In this document: piece by piece, positions 8,956 to 18,400 of the stretch
Position numbering within the stretch: position 1 is the first letter of the stretch
Layout of the letters: each line of letters starts with the position of its first letter
IMG/VR virus record: IMGVR_UViG_3300017766_000684
Coordinates: 1-48,380 of that record
Length of the DNA stretch: 48,380 bases
Strand: one strand, 5' to 3'
From: a virus
Lineage: Duplodnaviria; Caudoviricetes
Notes under the pieces: model-generated
The model's input: the letters and a program-made list of their open reading frames with translations, nothing else
Databases searched by the model: none
What the model was told of the DNA's origin: nothing
Position numbers and translations under genes: made by a program

Positions 8956-9502
8956 TTAATTGGTCTATTCTATCCGACACAGGTGCCCGCTGCTTATGAA
9001 CATCCTGAGCGTCTCTCATGAGTTTAGCACTGCAAAGTAAATGATAAACTCCATACATCTCAAAACTATCTTCTTGAACTTCGAATACTTCGAACTTTAA
9101 GTTTTGAAACTCAGGCTTTATAACGTCTCCTGGGATTATCGCTCTGCCAATTTTCTTCTCTATGTAACTCTTATTAAATATAAATTGTTGATTGTTTACC
9201 AGCTCAATTCCAAACTGAGTTAAATTTTCTTCAACTGGTTTTGGCTCATAGTGACCCCAAACTTTTATTGGTTCCACAGACAGAGTTTTGTTTCTCTCTT
9301 CTCCGTAAACATCATCAATCTCTTTATTTTGATAATATTTATAAACTAGCAGAGGGGATCCAGCTAGCTTAATTTGCTCCTGATCTAAAACATTAAATAA
9401 GTTTTGATCTGAAGATTTGTTAAAAAGTTTAAATGGGCTTTCAAACTCATCCGTTGTCGGAAGATTTATGTTCTTAGAATTAAACTTTGAAAACTTTTCC
9501 AT
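8945..9502 (-). CDS. gp14: Neck / head-closure protein (T4 gp14-like)
   Basis: EQIKLAG, D.VYGE, LTQFGIE, PGDVI, FEVFEV. Confidence 0.8.
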   Translation of the reverse strand: MEKFSKFNSKNINLPTTDEFESPFKLFNKSSDQNLFNVLDQEQIKLAGSPLLVYKYYQNKEIDDVYGEERNKTLSVEPIKVWGHYEPKPVEENLTQFGIELVNNQQFIFNKSYIEKKIGRAIIPGDVIKPEFQNLKFEVFEVQEDSFEMYGVYHLLCSAKLMRDAQDVHKQRAPVSDRIDQLIEE

Positions 9503-9503
9503 A

Positions 9504-10364
9504 TTATCCTGTTATGAAGTAAGGCTTTTCCTCTATCTCAGTCAGAAGTTCTTCGACTAATAACTTCTTCTCCTCTGCGGATTCCCTGGATAGTGACTCC
9601 CCATCTAGTTGGGCTCCTCCACCTGGGCCTGGGAGAGTCTTGTATTTGCCTCTGATCTTGCCCAGGATGCCCTTAGAACACGCCAAAGCATATCTCTGTA
9701 TCCAATTCCGATACGCTGGGTTTATCGTGTCTGAGTCCAATGCACGGTATTCTACGATGACTGGGGTTGGAGTTTCCGTTGGTGCTGGATAAAGTTGGAT
9801 ATATTTATTATTCACCACACTCCAAGCACCTTCATTAGAAAGCACTCTTCTCATTATTTCAAGATACTGTTGAGTTAAGAAGAAGTCTCCAATTCCACCA
9901 CCTTGGAAAAATCTATTTGTATTAAAAAATGCTAAGGTCACATCGAAAGCTAATGATCCAGGAGTGTAATTTAATCCAAGTATGTCTTTCTTGTATCCAA
10001 CATAAGTTAAATTATTTATCATGAACTGAGGTAGCTCATATAAGTTTAACCCAGCAGAAGCGTCGAATATAGCAAATTGATTAGCCCATTGTGGCGCGTG
10101 ATAATCTAATCTAGAAATGGCTTCATCTATACAAGTTTTAACTTGAAATGGAGTTAGCTCAACTGAGACTACGGGATGCCCTAACTGGGCTAAGACGTAA
10201 TCGTTTATCGACTGCTCAAATAAATTAAACTGAACTCCGTCTACTTCTAAATTTTTATTTAGCTTAGAAGGGTCTATATCCTGGCTGATAGAGTAATCAG
10301 TTACTCTAGCACCTTGATACTTGCCAAAAGAATTACCATAACCAGCTATTAAAGGTGTGACCAT
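9504..10364 (-). CDS. gp13: Neck protein (T4 gp13-like)
   Basis: LAQLGHPVVSVELT..Q...CIDEA; WIQRYALA..K..LG.IRGKY..LPGPGG...LDG. Confidence 0.88.
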   Translation of the reverse strand: MVTPLIAGYGNSFGKYQGARVTDYSISQDIDPSKLNKNLEVDGVQFNLFEQSINDYVLAQLGHPVVSVELTPFQVKTCIDEAISRLDYHAPQWANQFAIFDASAGLNLYELPQFMINNLTYVGYKKDILGLNYTPGSLAFDVTLAFFNTNRFFQGGGIGDFFLTQQYLEIMRRVLSNEGAWSVVNNKYIQLYPAPTETPTPVIVEYRALDSDTINPAYRNWIQRYALACSKGILGKIRGKYKTLPGPGGGAQLDGESLSRESAEEKKLLVEELLTEIEEKPYFITG

Positions 10365-10371
10365 ACAAGTA

Positions 10372-10377
10372 TATTTA
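10372..10377 (-). promoter_or_regulatory. Putative T4-type late promoter (TAAATA)
   Basis: CTAAATA 7 nt upstream of the gp13 ATG, immediately after the capsid terminator. Confidence 0.6.
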
Positions 10378-10392
10378 GGTATTCATTAAAAC

Positions 10393-10421
10393 AAAAAAGC
10401 GGGCTTTTTAGGCCCGCTTTT
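10393..10421 (-). terminator. Rho-independent terminator after the major capsid gene
   Basis: aaaagcgggc...gcccgctttt GC-rich hairpin flanked by A/T tracts. Confidence 0.85.
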
Positions 10422-10453
10422 AAGTTATCTAATTAAATTAGATATTACTCACC

Positions 10454-12061
10454 TCATGGGAGAGTTACACCATTGTTAGCGTAGATCCCTGGGCGCAGCC
10501 AATCAGATCCAGCACCGATCAAGCGGATGACACGGTAGAATCTGCTAGCAGGCTGGATTGCAGCCTTAGCGTAACGTGTCATGATACCCTTTCTTGGCTG
10601 GAAGCTGCCTGGGTCAGTCACCATTGGCAGTGGCATCAATGGAATGTATGGGCAGTATACGAATCCTGCATCCATGGCGTTTCCACCGTTGTATCCCATG
10701 ATAATCTCATCCTCTGGGAACAGAGGATCGACAATCAGGTCATACTTACCAGCGAACTTGCCCTTATACTCGATCTTTGCTCCGCCCATGTTTGATGGAC
10801 CATCTTCCCGAGCGAGTCCACCCTCCAGCTTGGCGGCGGACTCAAGGAGTGAAGCCATGAGTGGTGACGTAATTAATACGTTACCCGCGCCTCTTTGCGT
10901 TGTCTTGTAGATATCCTGGCTAGCAAAGTTTAGGACTGCTAGCAAGTTAGCAAACATGTGTCCAACGTGCTGAGGAGCGTAAGTAGTTCCGAGGAACGAT
11001 CTAAGATCAGCAACTATAACATTGCTATTCTTAGCGGTTGTGGATCCGGTTGAGAATCCACCGTCCGTGTTACCCCAGGTGAAAGCACTTGGAGTCCAGC
11101 TTTCAGTTCCATTAAGGCCAGTCACCTTACCGTATTCAGTTCCAAAGTTATTTGGATTGTAGTTGCTGTCAAGTGACCCTGCAACCCAGCCACCATATGA
11201 CGTTCCTCTTGCAGCGGTTCCCAATCCGTAAGCAATCATACGAATGTCTTCAATAAGCTCACGGTCGATTTCAAGTGAAAGCTCCTTGCTAAGTAGTTCG
11301 GTAAGCTCTCTTTCCAGGTCGAGGTTGTGATAAGCCTTGAGGTCCTGTGAAGCTTCAATTGTCCAGAGAGCGCGCATCTTGCGTGTTCTGGCGACAACAG
11401 CCTGTTGTTCAATGTGGAACTGAACCTCTGGGATTCCTGTTCCATCCAAACGCTCACCAGCCGATACAACCCATCCGAGAGTTGTGCTGGCATCTGGGAA
11501 TGAGGCAATCTTTCCACCGTAAGTTGTTGATGGAGTTCCGTTGTTCTTACCTAAGACGTTTGATAAGCTGAACCCTGCGCTAGCTTGAGCAGCAGTTAAT
11601 TGAGCTGATGGTGTTCCCCATTGAGCACCTACTCCTGGAGCAGACACCGATCCTATTGCGCTAGTTTCGTTCATACCACCAGCGTTATAGGTTAGGTTGA
11701 ACTTTGAGTAAACAACCTGTTGGGCGGTTCCACTGAATCTGCTGTTTCCAATGTAGAATATTTGGCTTACTGGGGCATCCATTGGCTGGGTAGCACCAAT
11801 ATAGTTAAATACTAGATTTGGGTAAACTCTGCGGACGAGTGGGAAAGCGAACTTTTGAAAAGTTCCGATGTTACCAACGGTAGTTGATCCAGTGCTTGGA
11901 CCCTCTTCGTTGATTCTCTGTGATTCAGCTAAGACAGCCTTAGCCTGATTTTCTAATAGTTGTGCGGTGACCCGAGCGGTATACTCACTCTTAATACCGT
12001 CAAGGGCTTTTGACCACTTCTGAGTTAGATCAGGTGATCCACCAATCTTTGATATATCCAT
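10454..12061 (-). CDS. gp23: Major capsid protein (T4 gp23-like)
   Basis: TAQLLENQ, PLVRRVYP, TQPM, RTRKMRALWT.E..QDLKAYH.LD.E.EL, EIDREL, YCPYIPL, FQPRKGIMTRY; AGGAG RBS. Confidence 0.98.
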   Translation of the reverse strand: MDISKIGGSPDLTQKWSKALDGIKSEYTARVTAQLLENQAKAVLAESQRINEEGPSTGSTTVGNIGTFQKFAFPLVRRVYPNLVFNYIGATQPMDAPVSQIFYIGNSRFSGTAQQVVYSKFNLTYNAGGMNETSAIGSVSAPGVGAQWGTPSAQLTAAQASAGFSLSNVLGKNNGTPSTTYGGKIASFPDASTTLGWVVSAGERLDGTGIPEVQFHIEQQAVVARTRKMRALWTIEASQDLKAYHNLDLERELTELLSKELSLEIDRELIEDIRMIAYGLGTAARGTSYGGWVAGSLDSNYNPNNFGTEYGKVTGLNGTESWTPSAFTWGNTDGGFSTGSTTAKNSNVIVADLRSFLGTTYAPQHVGHMFANLLAVLNFASQDIYKTTQRGAGNVLITSPLMASLLESAAKLEGGLAREDGPSNMGGAKIEYKGKFAGKYDLIVDPLFPEDEIIMGYNGGNAMDAGFVYCPYIPLMPLPMVTDPGSFQPRKGIMTRYAKAAIQPASRFYRVIRLIGAGSDWLRPGIYANNGVTLP

Positions 12062-12077
12062 TTTATTTCTCCTAAAA

Positions 12078-12713
12078 TTACTTAATTAATCTGAGGACAT
12101 CCTCAGTCAAAAATTGATTACCACCGTCAGGTTTGGCGGCTACCTTGCGCTCTTCTAATTTTTTCCCTTGACGTTGGAAATTTTCTTTCGAAACTACTTC
12201 GGCAGTATCTGACAAACGCATTGCGCGAATTGCCCGTGATTCAGCCAAATTTCTCTTTTGCTCAGTTAGGCTATCTTCCAGAAGATCATTCTTATCTGAT
12301 ACAACCTTCAAAAGCTTCTTGAGCTTGACGTTTTCCCTAAGTGACTTATCAAGTTCACCAGCGAGAACCTCTAATTTATTTTCAGCCAGTTCCTGCTCTG
12401 CGGCTAACAAGTCTACATTGGACTGCTCGTCCTCTGGGGTTAGTTCCGTTGCGAAAATGGCTTTAACAGATTCAAATAGTTGAGCATTGCGGAACGTATC
12501 GTTCTCAAGCTCTAACTCCTTAATTGCTTGCTCCTTCAGAGAATCAATTTGTCCTCTAAGGAAAGCTTTGACCTTAATAGTTAACGCTTCGGTCTTAGCA
12601 TTAACTTCCTCTTCAATCTTCTGGTGGACTAAGGTGGCGATGCTTTCAATCATGCTCTCCGTTAAGCCCTCTGGTAGAAGCTTGGCAATTTGCTCTAGTG
12701 GATTCGTTTTCAT
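12078..12713 (-). CDS. gp22: Prohead core scaffold protein (T4 gp22-like)
   Basis: Acidic coiled-coil protein between the protease and capsid genes. Confidence 0.75.
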   Translation of the reverse strand: MKTNPLEQIAKLLPEGLTESMIESIATLVHQKIEEEVNAKTEALTIKVKAFLRGQIDSLKEQAIKELELENDTFRNAQLFESVKAIFATELTPEDEQSNVDLLAAEQELAENKLEVLAGELDKSLRENVKLKKLLKVVSDKNDLLEDSLTEQKRNLAESRAIRAMRLSDTAEVVSKENFQRQGKKLEERKVAAKPDGGNQFLTEDVLRLIK

Positions 12714-12722
12714 ACTATTAAT

Positions 12723-12729
12723 TATTTAT
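12723..12729 (-). promoter_or_regulatory. Putative T4-type late promoter (ATAAATA)
   Basis: ATAAATA 9 nt upstream of the scaffold ATG. Confidence 0.6.
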
Positions 12730-12762
12730 CCTCTATGTGAATAATTTTCACTTTTTATTTTA

Positions 12763-13569
12763 TCAGTAGCGAGGGTATTGAGATTCCTGCTCTTCAGCGT
12801 CTATATCTCTAGATCTCTTATCAGACATGCCCTTTCTCCCTTTCTTAGGTTTAGGAAGTCTTCCAAGACCAAACATATCCCCGCCCTTCTTAGCTTGTCT
12901 CCGCTTTCTAGCCTCAACTTTCTTGCGGGTTTGCTTTTCAGATTGGCTCTTCTTATTTTCGTTGAGCTTCTCATCAATTTTCTTCTCAAGGAGCTTGATG
13001 AAGTATCTCTCGCCAACAACCGTTTTAATTGTTGATTCAATTATCTTCTTATCTTTTTTATGCTCTCTAGATTCAGTCAGGCTTGGATAAGCTCCCCGAG
13101 TGCTTGGGTCAGCCACTATATCGAACGTAACGAGGCGGAAGTCTTCATTTACAGTCTTAGTGCCGTCCTTGCCCTCTGACAAGGTTCCCATTCCACGGCT
13201 TGAAATTCCAATCTTAACTCCACCGCGAATCAAACCCTCGACCACCTTTCCAGCGGGAGTTGGGAGGATCTCAGCTTCCCCAATTACTTCCTTTCCCTGG
13301 AATGATAATCCAGTTATAAGATGTGAAGCGTTAGACAATTTAACCATATCATAAGTTGGGTGGTCTAATTCACCGACAAGTCTTCTTTCTTTAATTGCTT
13401 CAGTTAAATTTTTAACTTGGGATTCTAGGACTTTTTGTGGGTAGATTCTTTTATTTTGATTAGCCTCATCGGCTCTTTGAAATATACCACGGATCTTTAA
13501 TGGGCCTGATTTACCCTCGTTAATTATGGATAAATTTTCTACGATAAATACGTCTTGTAAGGTAATCAT
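12763..13569 (-). CDS. gp21: Prohead protease (T4 gp21-like) with a basic C-terminal extension
   Basis: GIFQRAD..NQNKRIYP, GELDHP (His), GISSRGMG (Ser), FDIVADPS (Asp). Confidence 0.95.
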   Translation of the reverse strand: MITLQDVFIVENLSIINEGKSGPLKIRGIFQRADEANQNKRIYPQKVLESQVKNLTEAIKERRLVGELDHPTYDMVKLSNASHLITGLSFQGKEVIGEAEILPTPAGKVVEGLIRGGVKIGISSRGMGTLSEGKDGTKTVNEDFRLVTFDIVADPSTRGAYPSLTESREHKKDKKIIESTIKTVVGERYFIKLLEKKIDEKLNENKKSQSEKQTRKKVEARKRRQAKKGGDMFGLGRLPKPKKGRKGMSDKRSRDIDAEEQESQYPRY

Positions 13570-13937
13570 GCTGATCCTTTTTTACCGAATACTTTCTTTC
13601 TGAGATCTTTAGATCTCTCTCCAGCGTGACGAATCATTGTTCTGACCGCAAACTTTTTGGCATCACTATACTTGTAGAATGCCTTAGCCGATCTCCCATT
13701 TATGATTTGTTCTGGATCCGTTCCCCACTTCTGCACGGTTATAACATACAACCTATCAGATTCTTTTGTGGAGAATATTTGACCTACATAACCCTTTCTT
13801 AATGCGTCAGTTATAGAGTTGAATACTGTCGCTCTAGACTTCATTGACTTGCTATGAGTTTGTTTTTTTATGTCTTTAAAATTAACATTCTCATTTAAAG
13901 AATTAAGTTCTGAAAGGGTATCTGATAGGCTGCTCAT
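13566..13937 (-). CDS. Hypothetical basic protein, possible internal head protein
   Basis: 123 aa, ATGA-coupled to its neighbours; N-terminal LSE/LNE motifs. Confidence 0.65.
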   Translation of the reverse strand: MSSLSDTLSELNSLNENVNFKDIKKQTHSKSMKSRATVFNSITDALRKGYVGQIFSTKESDRLYVITVQKWGTDPEQIINGRSAKAFYKYSDAKKFAVRTMIRHAGERSKDLRKKVFGKKGSA

Positions 13938-14329
13938 CTTGTTAATCTGCTCTTAATTCTGTTTGCAAGAAGCTTACTTCTTTTATTTGGCTTAGATGTC
14001 CCACAACCTATGGTCCCAACAGAGGTCATTTCATTTAATAAAACTTTAGCTTCTTTTATTAATCCAGATAATTCCTCTATTAAGTTAATTAATTTACCTT
14101 GAGAAGATTCATTAATTTTAACTTTAACTTTATTGGGAGTCTTTTGACCAGTTACCTTAGCAACAAAATCCTCAGAAACTCTAACTTTACTAACATCGGG
14201 AGCTTCAGCCGATTGTAAAGTAGATTCTTTAAGGGCGGGTCTTAATGCTGTTGGATCCTTTGCCATGTCCTTAAGGATATCCATGGCAAAGTTACCTACA
14301 GAGATATCTGGGAATTTATTATCAGACAT
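13934..14329 (-). CDS. Hypothetical protein, possible prohead core protein
   Basis: 131 aa in the head cluster; LKE/INE/LNE motifs, basic tail. Confidence 0.65.
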   Translation of the reverse strand: MSDNKFPDISVGNFAMDILKDMAKDPTALRPALKESTLQSAEAPDVSKVRVSEDFVAKVTGQKTPNKVKVKINESSQGKLINLIEELSGLIKEAKVLLNEMTSVGTIGCGTSKPNKRSKLLANRIKSRLTR

Positions 14330-14332
14330 AAA

Positions 14333-14575
14333 TCAGTTGGCGACTGCGGACAGCTTACTTCTTTTCTCCAAGGTCTTCATGTTGCTAAATTTTGCTTGGC
14401 AGTTTGTGCAGCAGAATCCCACAGTCTTACCCTCAAATTTTGAAGTTGGAGAAGTTTCCTTTAGCTGTTCCTTAGTAATCGGGCACTTGTCATTAGCTAA
14501 GTGGTCTAAATGAGCAGGGGCCGAAGCACAGGAAACTAAAGTTAAAACAACGAAAGATAAAATTAATTTAATCAT
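14333..14575 (-). CDS. YHS/TRASH-like metal-binding lipoprotein
   Basis: Signal peptide with lipobox LVSC; NDKCPI...FEGKTVGFCCTNCQAKF. Confidence 0.7.
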   Translation of the reverse strand: MIKLILSFVVLTLVSCASAPAHLDHLANDKCPITKEQLKETSPTSKFEGKTVGFCCTNCQAKFSNMKTLEKRSKLSAVAN

Positions 14576-14590
14576 AACTATGATTTAATT

Positions 14591-14596
14591 TATTTA
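14591..14596 (-). promoter_or_regulatory. Putative late promoter (TAAATA)
   Basis: CTAAATA 15 nt upstream of the lipoprotein ATG, in a short intergenic gap. Confidence 0.45.
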
Positions 14597-14598
14597 GC

Positions 14599-14976
14599 TC
14601 AACCGTCAACTTCATCATCTGAGTCCTCGTCATCATCTGAGTCCTCATCGTCTTCATCCTCTGATTCTCCACTAAGTTCCTGCTCAATAGCCTCTTCGAT
14701 AGCCTCTAACTCCTCATCGGAGATGTTATGGACTTCGCTTATTATTGAAAGCATTAACTCAATGTGCTCTGCTAACTTTTCATCAGAGATTGGCTCGCTG
14801 ACGATATGGTCACACAGAGGACAGACATGGCCCTGATCATCAGGATGCTGTTGATCCTGAGCATCCTCAGAACCCTCTTGAATCTTACCGGAGTTAGACA
14901 TTCTAACTCCACCCTTGCCCCAGAAAGATTGATTTATAATCTGATCAACCTCTTCGTTTAAAAGATCTCTTTTCAT
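14599..14976 (-). CDS. Acidic hypothetical protein with a CxxC...H zinc-finger-like motif
   Basis: HVCPLCDH...EHIELM; D/E-rich tail including an 18-bp duplication (14612-14647). Confidence 0.65.
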   Translation of the reverse strand: MKRDLLNEEVDQIINQSFWGKGGVRMSNSGKIQEGSEDAQDQQHPDDQGHVCPLCDHIVSEPISDEKLAEHIELMLSIISEVHNISDEELEAIEEAIEQELSGESEDEDDEDSDDDEDSDDEVDG

Positions 14977-15059
14977 CTAAAATCCTTGTAAAAAAAATTC
15001 TTACTAAATATATCTATTACATAATACAAAAAAATTAATTATTTTTTTTAATTAATTTA

Positions 15060-15410
15060 TTAATCTGTAGAAATTATTGTTGACCTACATTGTGTAAAGT
15101 CTCCAATATGTAATGGAACTCTTCCATTTACACGAATTAAGCCATCATCTACAAATGATCCAAAAACGGGGTTTGACTCAGCATCCCCTAGGGTTGCATG
15201 ACCAACACAGCAGTTTAGTGGGTCAGACCCTACATTAGGGTGGGGCATAAAGGGGTCCTGATCCACTAAAATTAATCTTCCTTCAAATCTAACCATATCA
15301 TTTCCTAGCGACTGTAAAGGATTACTAGGCCCACAAGTAAAACAAGACATCTCATGCACGCCACTACAGAGATCAGTCTCCAATACAAATCGCTGTCTAT
15401 TACGGAACAT
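15060..15410 (-). CDS. PAAR-like spike tip protein (T4 gp5.4-like)
   Basis: DLCSGVH...VRFEG...PH...CCVGH...IRVNGRVPLHIGD..QC follows the three-repeat PAAR pattern with His/Cys metal ligands. Confidence 0.7.
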   Translation of the reverse strand: MFRNRQRFVLETDLCSGVHEMSCFTCGPSNPLQSLGNDMVRFEGRLILVDQDPFMPHPNVGSDPLNCCVGHATLGDAESNPVFGSFVDDGLIRVNGRVPLHIGDFTQCRSTIISTD

Positions 15411-18400
15411 TTCTATCCCCCTCTGATATAATTATAGTGTCATTTGGAATTTCAGTTCCTTCGGGTATTCCTGTATACTCTGGGTTAGCTCTCGATACAA
15501 CATACCTGACCGGGGCACCTCTCCAAGAACTTGATATTTTGTTTAAAAGATTAGTGCTATTAGTTGTAAATAATTTACCTACTTGATTTAAATTTAATCT
15601 TCTAAACACATCCCACCAAGTTAAATATTCAACCCCACTTAAACTAGACAACTTATCGACAAGATCTGTTAAAGTTGAGTCTATTGATTTAGTTGAGCTA
15701 GCATCATCAAAACTAATTCTTGAATATTCTCCATTTTTATAAAAAGATTTATTAAAAATTGGAAGAGATGAAGTTATGGTATATAAAAACCCTTGTTCGC
15801 TTTGATCATAAAGTCTCTCATACTCACCAAAATAATTTGAACTCACTGATTCAAATGTATTACTTGCTTCTAATGGAGGTCTATCATTTTGCATGATATT
15901 ATCAAAAGTTGGCGTTACATCAAGTTTCCTAACAACTGTATCGCCATACTCAGACACTCTAGATGTTCCATTAAATGGATTATGCACAGATCCATTTCCT
16001 GGTGAAATAATCAATGCAGCAGGAAGATTTCTAAGTATTATTACATTATCTATTATTGTTCTATTATTTCCAAATTTTCTTAAATTAAATTCTGGGTTAA
16101 CCAATGAAAGTGCGCTAGTATCTTTTGCATAATGTATTAATGGGTCTCTGTAGTCAATATTTATTTTTACAGTGTTGAAAGAATAATTTCTAGAGTGTCT
16201 TATTGCTTCTTCGTTTGATATCAAATTATAATTTGCTTTTATAGGATTGAATATACTTTGATCTCCCTCATTATCTAACATGCTAGAAAAATCTAATGCA
16301 AAATACAATGGATCTGATCCTATTGTTGGTGAATATGAACTAACAAATTCATTACTTAAATTCAAAGAACTTACAGTGATACTTATATTATAAGCTTTAC
16401 CTAATGTCTTTAAAACTTGATGTCTTTCTCTTGAAGGTAAAAATTTTGCAGAGGATAGTTCGTTGACAGTTACTAAAGGTAAACTTTGCCCATCGCTTAA
16501 CAAAGAACTAATATAGTATCCTGCTCCATCACCAATATTAGTAAATGTATCAAAAGTGGTAGACGTAGGTATACCAGAATTTCTTAGATACAGTGGCGAT
16601 GAAACTCCATTTAATTGTAATGTTGGAATATTTACTTCTAAATCTTCTAAAAGAAATCTTGTTCTTCTGTAATTATTTTTTATTTCACCATCTTGATAAT
16701 TATCTAGATAAGGTGATCTAGATTTTGTGCCAAACACTCCTAAAGAAGTTTGAATAGCTTGTGAATTTTCTCCTAATGACTGAATCACTACTGGGGTTTG
16801 TTTTTGTTGTTGCCTATATATCTCAATATAATAACCTGGGTCAAACTCATCTATAGTTCCAGCCATTAAATGAGATCTTATTATATCTAAAAATCCATTA
16901 ACACCAATCATTGTATTGACTGTTGATTGTATATTATTAAAAGCTTCTAACAAAGATTCATTTAATGATATTGTTATTTTTTCATTTGTTAAATCTTGAA
17001 AATTACTTTCATTCCAAGCAACATTTGAGTTACTATTATCTATAAAATATTTTATTTCAGATACAACTATTGGTTTAAATATATTTAAATATCTATCGTT
17101 ACTAACAAGTTTAGTTAAAGTAGAAGGTTCTTTTTGAAAGAAGTTATAAGTTTGATGATACAAGGCTGGAGAGTTTCCTTCAGTATACCTAGCATACCTA
17201 CTAAAATCTTCATTATTTAAGTCTATTTGTTGTGGCGTTCTTCCTCTTAATCTTGTTAATGAAATCTGAGATTGTCTTTTTATATCGTTAATAAATGAGT
17301 TTGGTTTAAGTTCTAAAGGAATATCATTAGATCTGCCTAATGCCAATCTTTGATTTATACTGTTTGGAGAATCCCACGATTGTCTCTCTTGGCCCCCGAG
17401 GTCTCTTGTTGATAAGAAATCAGTATTTACTCTAGGACCTACTGAATTAAAATTTGGTTCTACAATACCTGGGTTAGTAACAGACAAGATTGCCGTATCA
17501 ATCCTAGGCCCCACAGAGTTAAATGTAGAATCTGTTATTTCTGTAATTACTGTTTCGGAAACAACTCCTAAGGGTCTAACACATGCATATCTAAGCTCTG
17601 CATAAGTGGCTCCGTTACACCCAAGCCAAAATCTATCACTCATGTTTTGTAAACAAATATTATCATACGCCCCAGATTGAGGCCACTGACCTTCTCTACG
17701 ATAAGCGTCTAATATTGAATTAAAAAGATCTGCATTGCGATTTGGGCCAACATTAATAGGGTTTTCATTTTCACCACACTCAACAACTTGCCTTCTTCTT
17801 CCTATAGTTTTAGTGCTTGGTTCTAATCCAAAATCACCACAAGTGATGTATCTGCTATAACATTTTTTAGAGACTCCTCCAGTTGTTGGCCCTCCCCTTG
17901 GCCCTCCCCCAGTTACAAGATCATTACCACCATCAGTAGGTGGTAATTCTGTAACTTCAGTAGTTTCTGTAACTTCAGTAGTTTCTGTAACTTCAGTAGT
18001 TTCTGTTACTTCTGTTATTATTACTGGTGTAATATCCACCGAAGGCACTGGGCAGGTGTTCATTGGAATATCAAAGCAATTTAAAAAGAATGTATCTGCA
18101 TAGTCAACGCACAAACCATCCCAAGAAGGGCCTCCAGGATCTGCTGGATTAAAAGGTCTTCCATTCATTGCACTTTCCATCAATTCATATCTACTTCTTA
18201 AAGCACTATCTTGTTGATAATCTAATAAAGTGCAAGGGACTACTCTTCGTCTGTATACTGTAACAATACCCCCATAAGGTGGTGGACAGTATTGAGCATT
18301 TCTTTGACATTTTCTATAGGTTCTCATTCCACCAAAAGGAGGAGGTGGTTTAAATGGGTTTTGAATCCAATTAAATACTGGTATGAATATTGGGGGCTCA

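Noticed and set aside
14977-15059. AT-rich, quasi-palindromic intergenic stretch as an origin or ncRNA
   Set aside because: Low-complexity A/T runs give chance symmetry; no iterons or stable structure can be supported
17947-18018. Tandem repeat as a CRISPR array
   Set aside because: The units are contiguous with no spacers and lie in frame within a CDS
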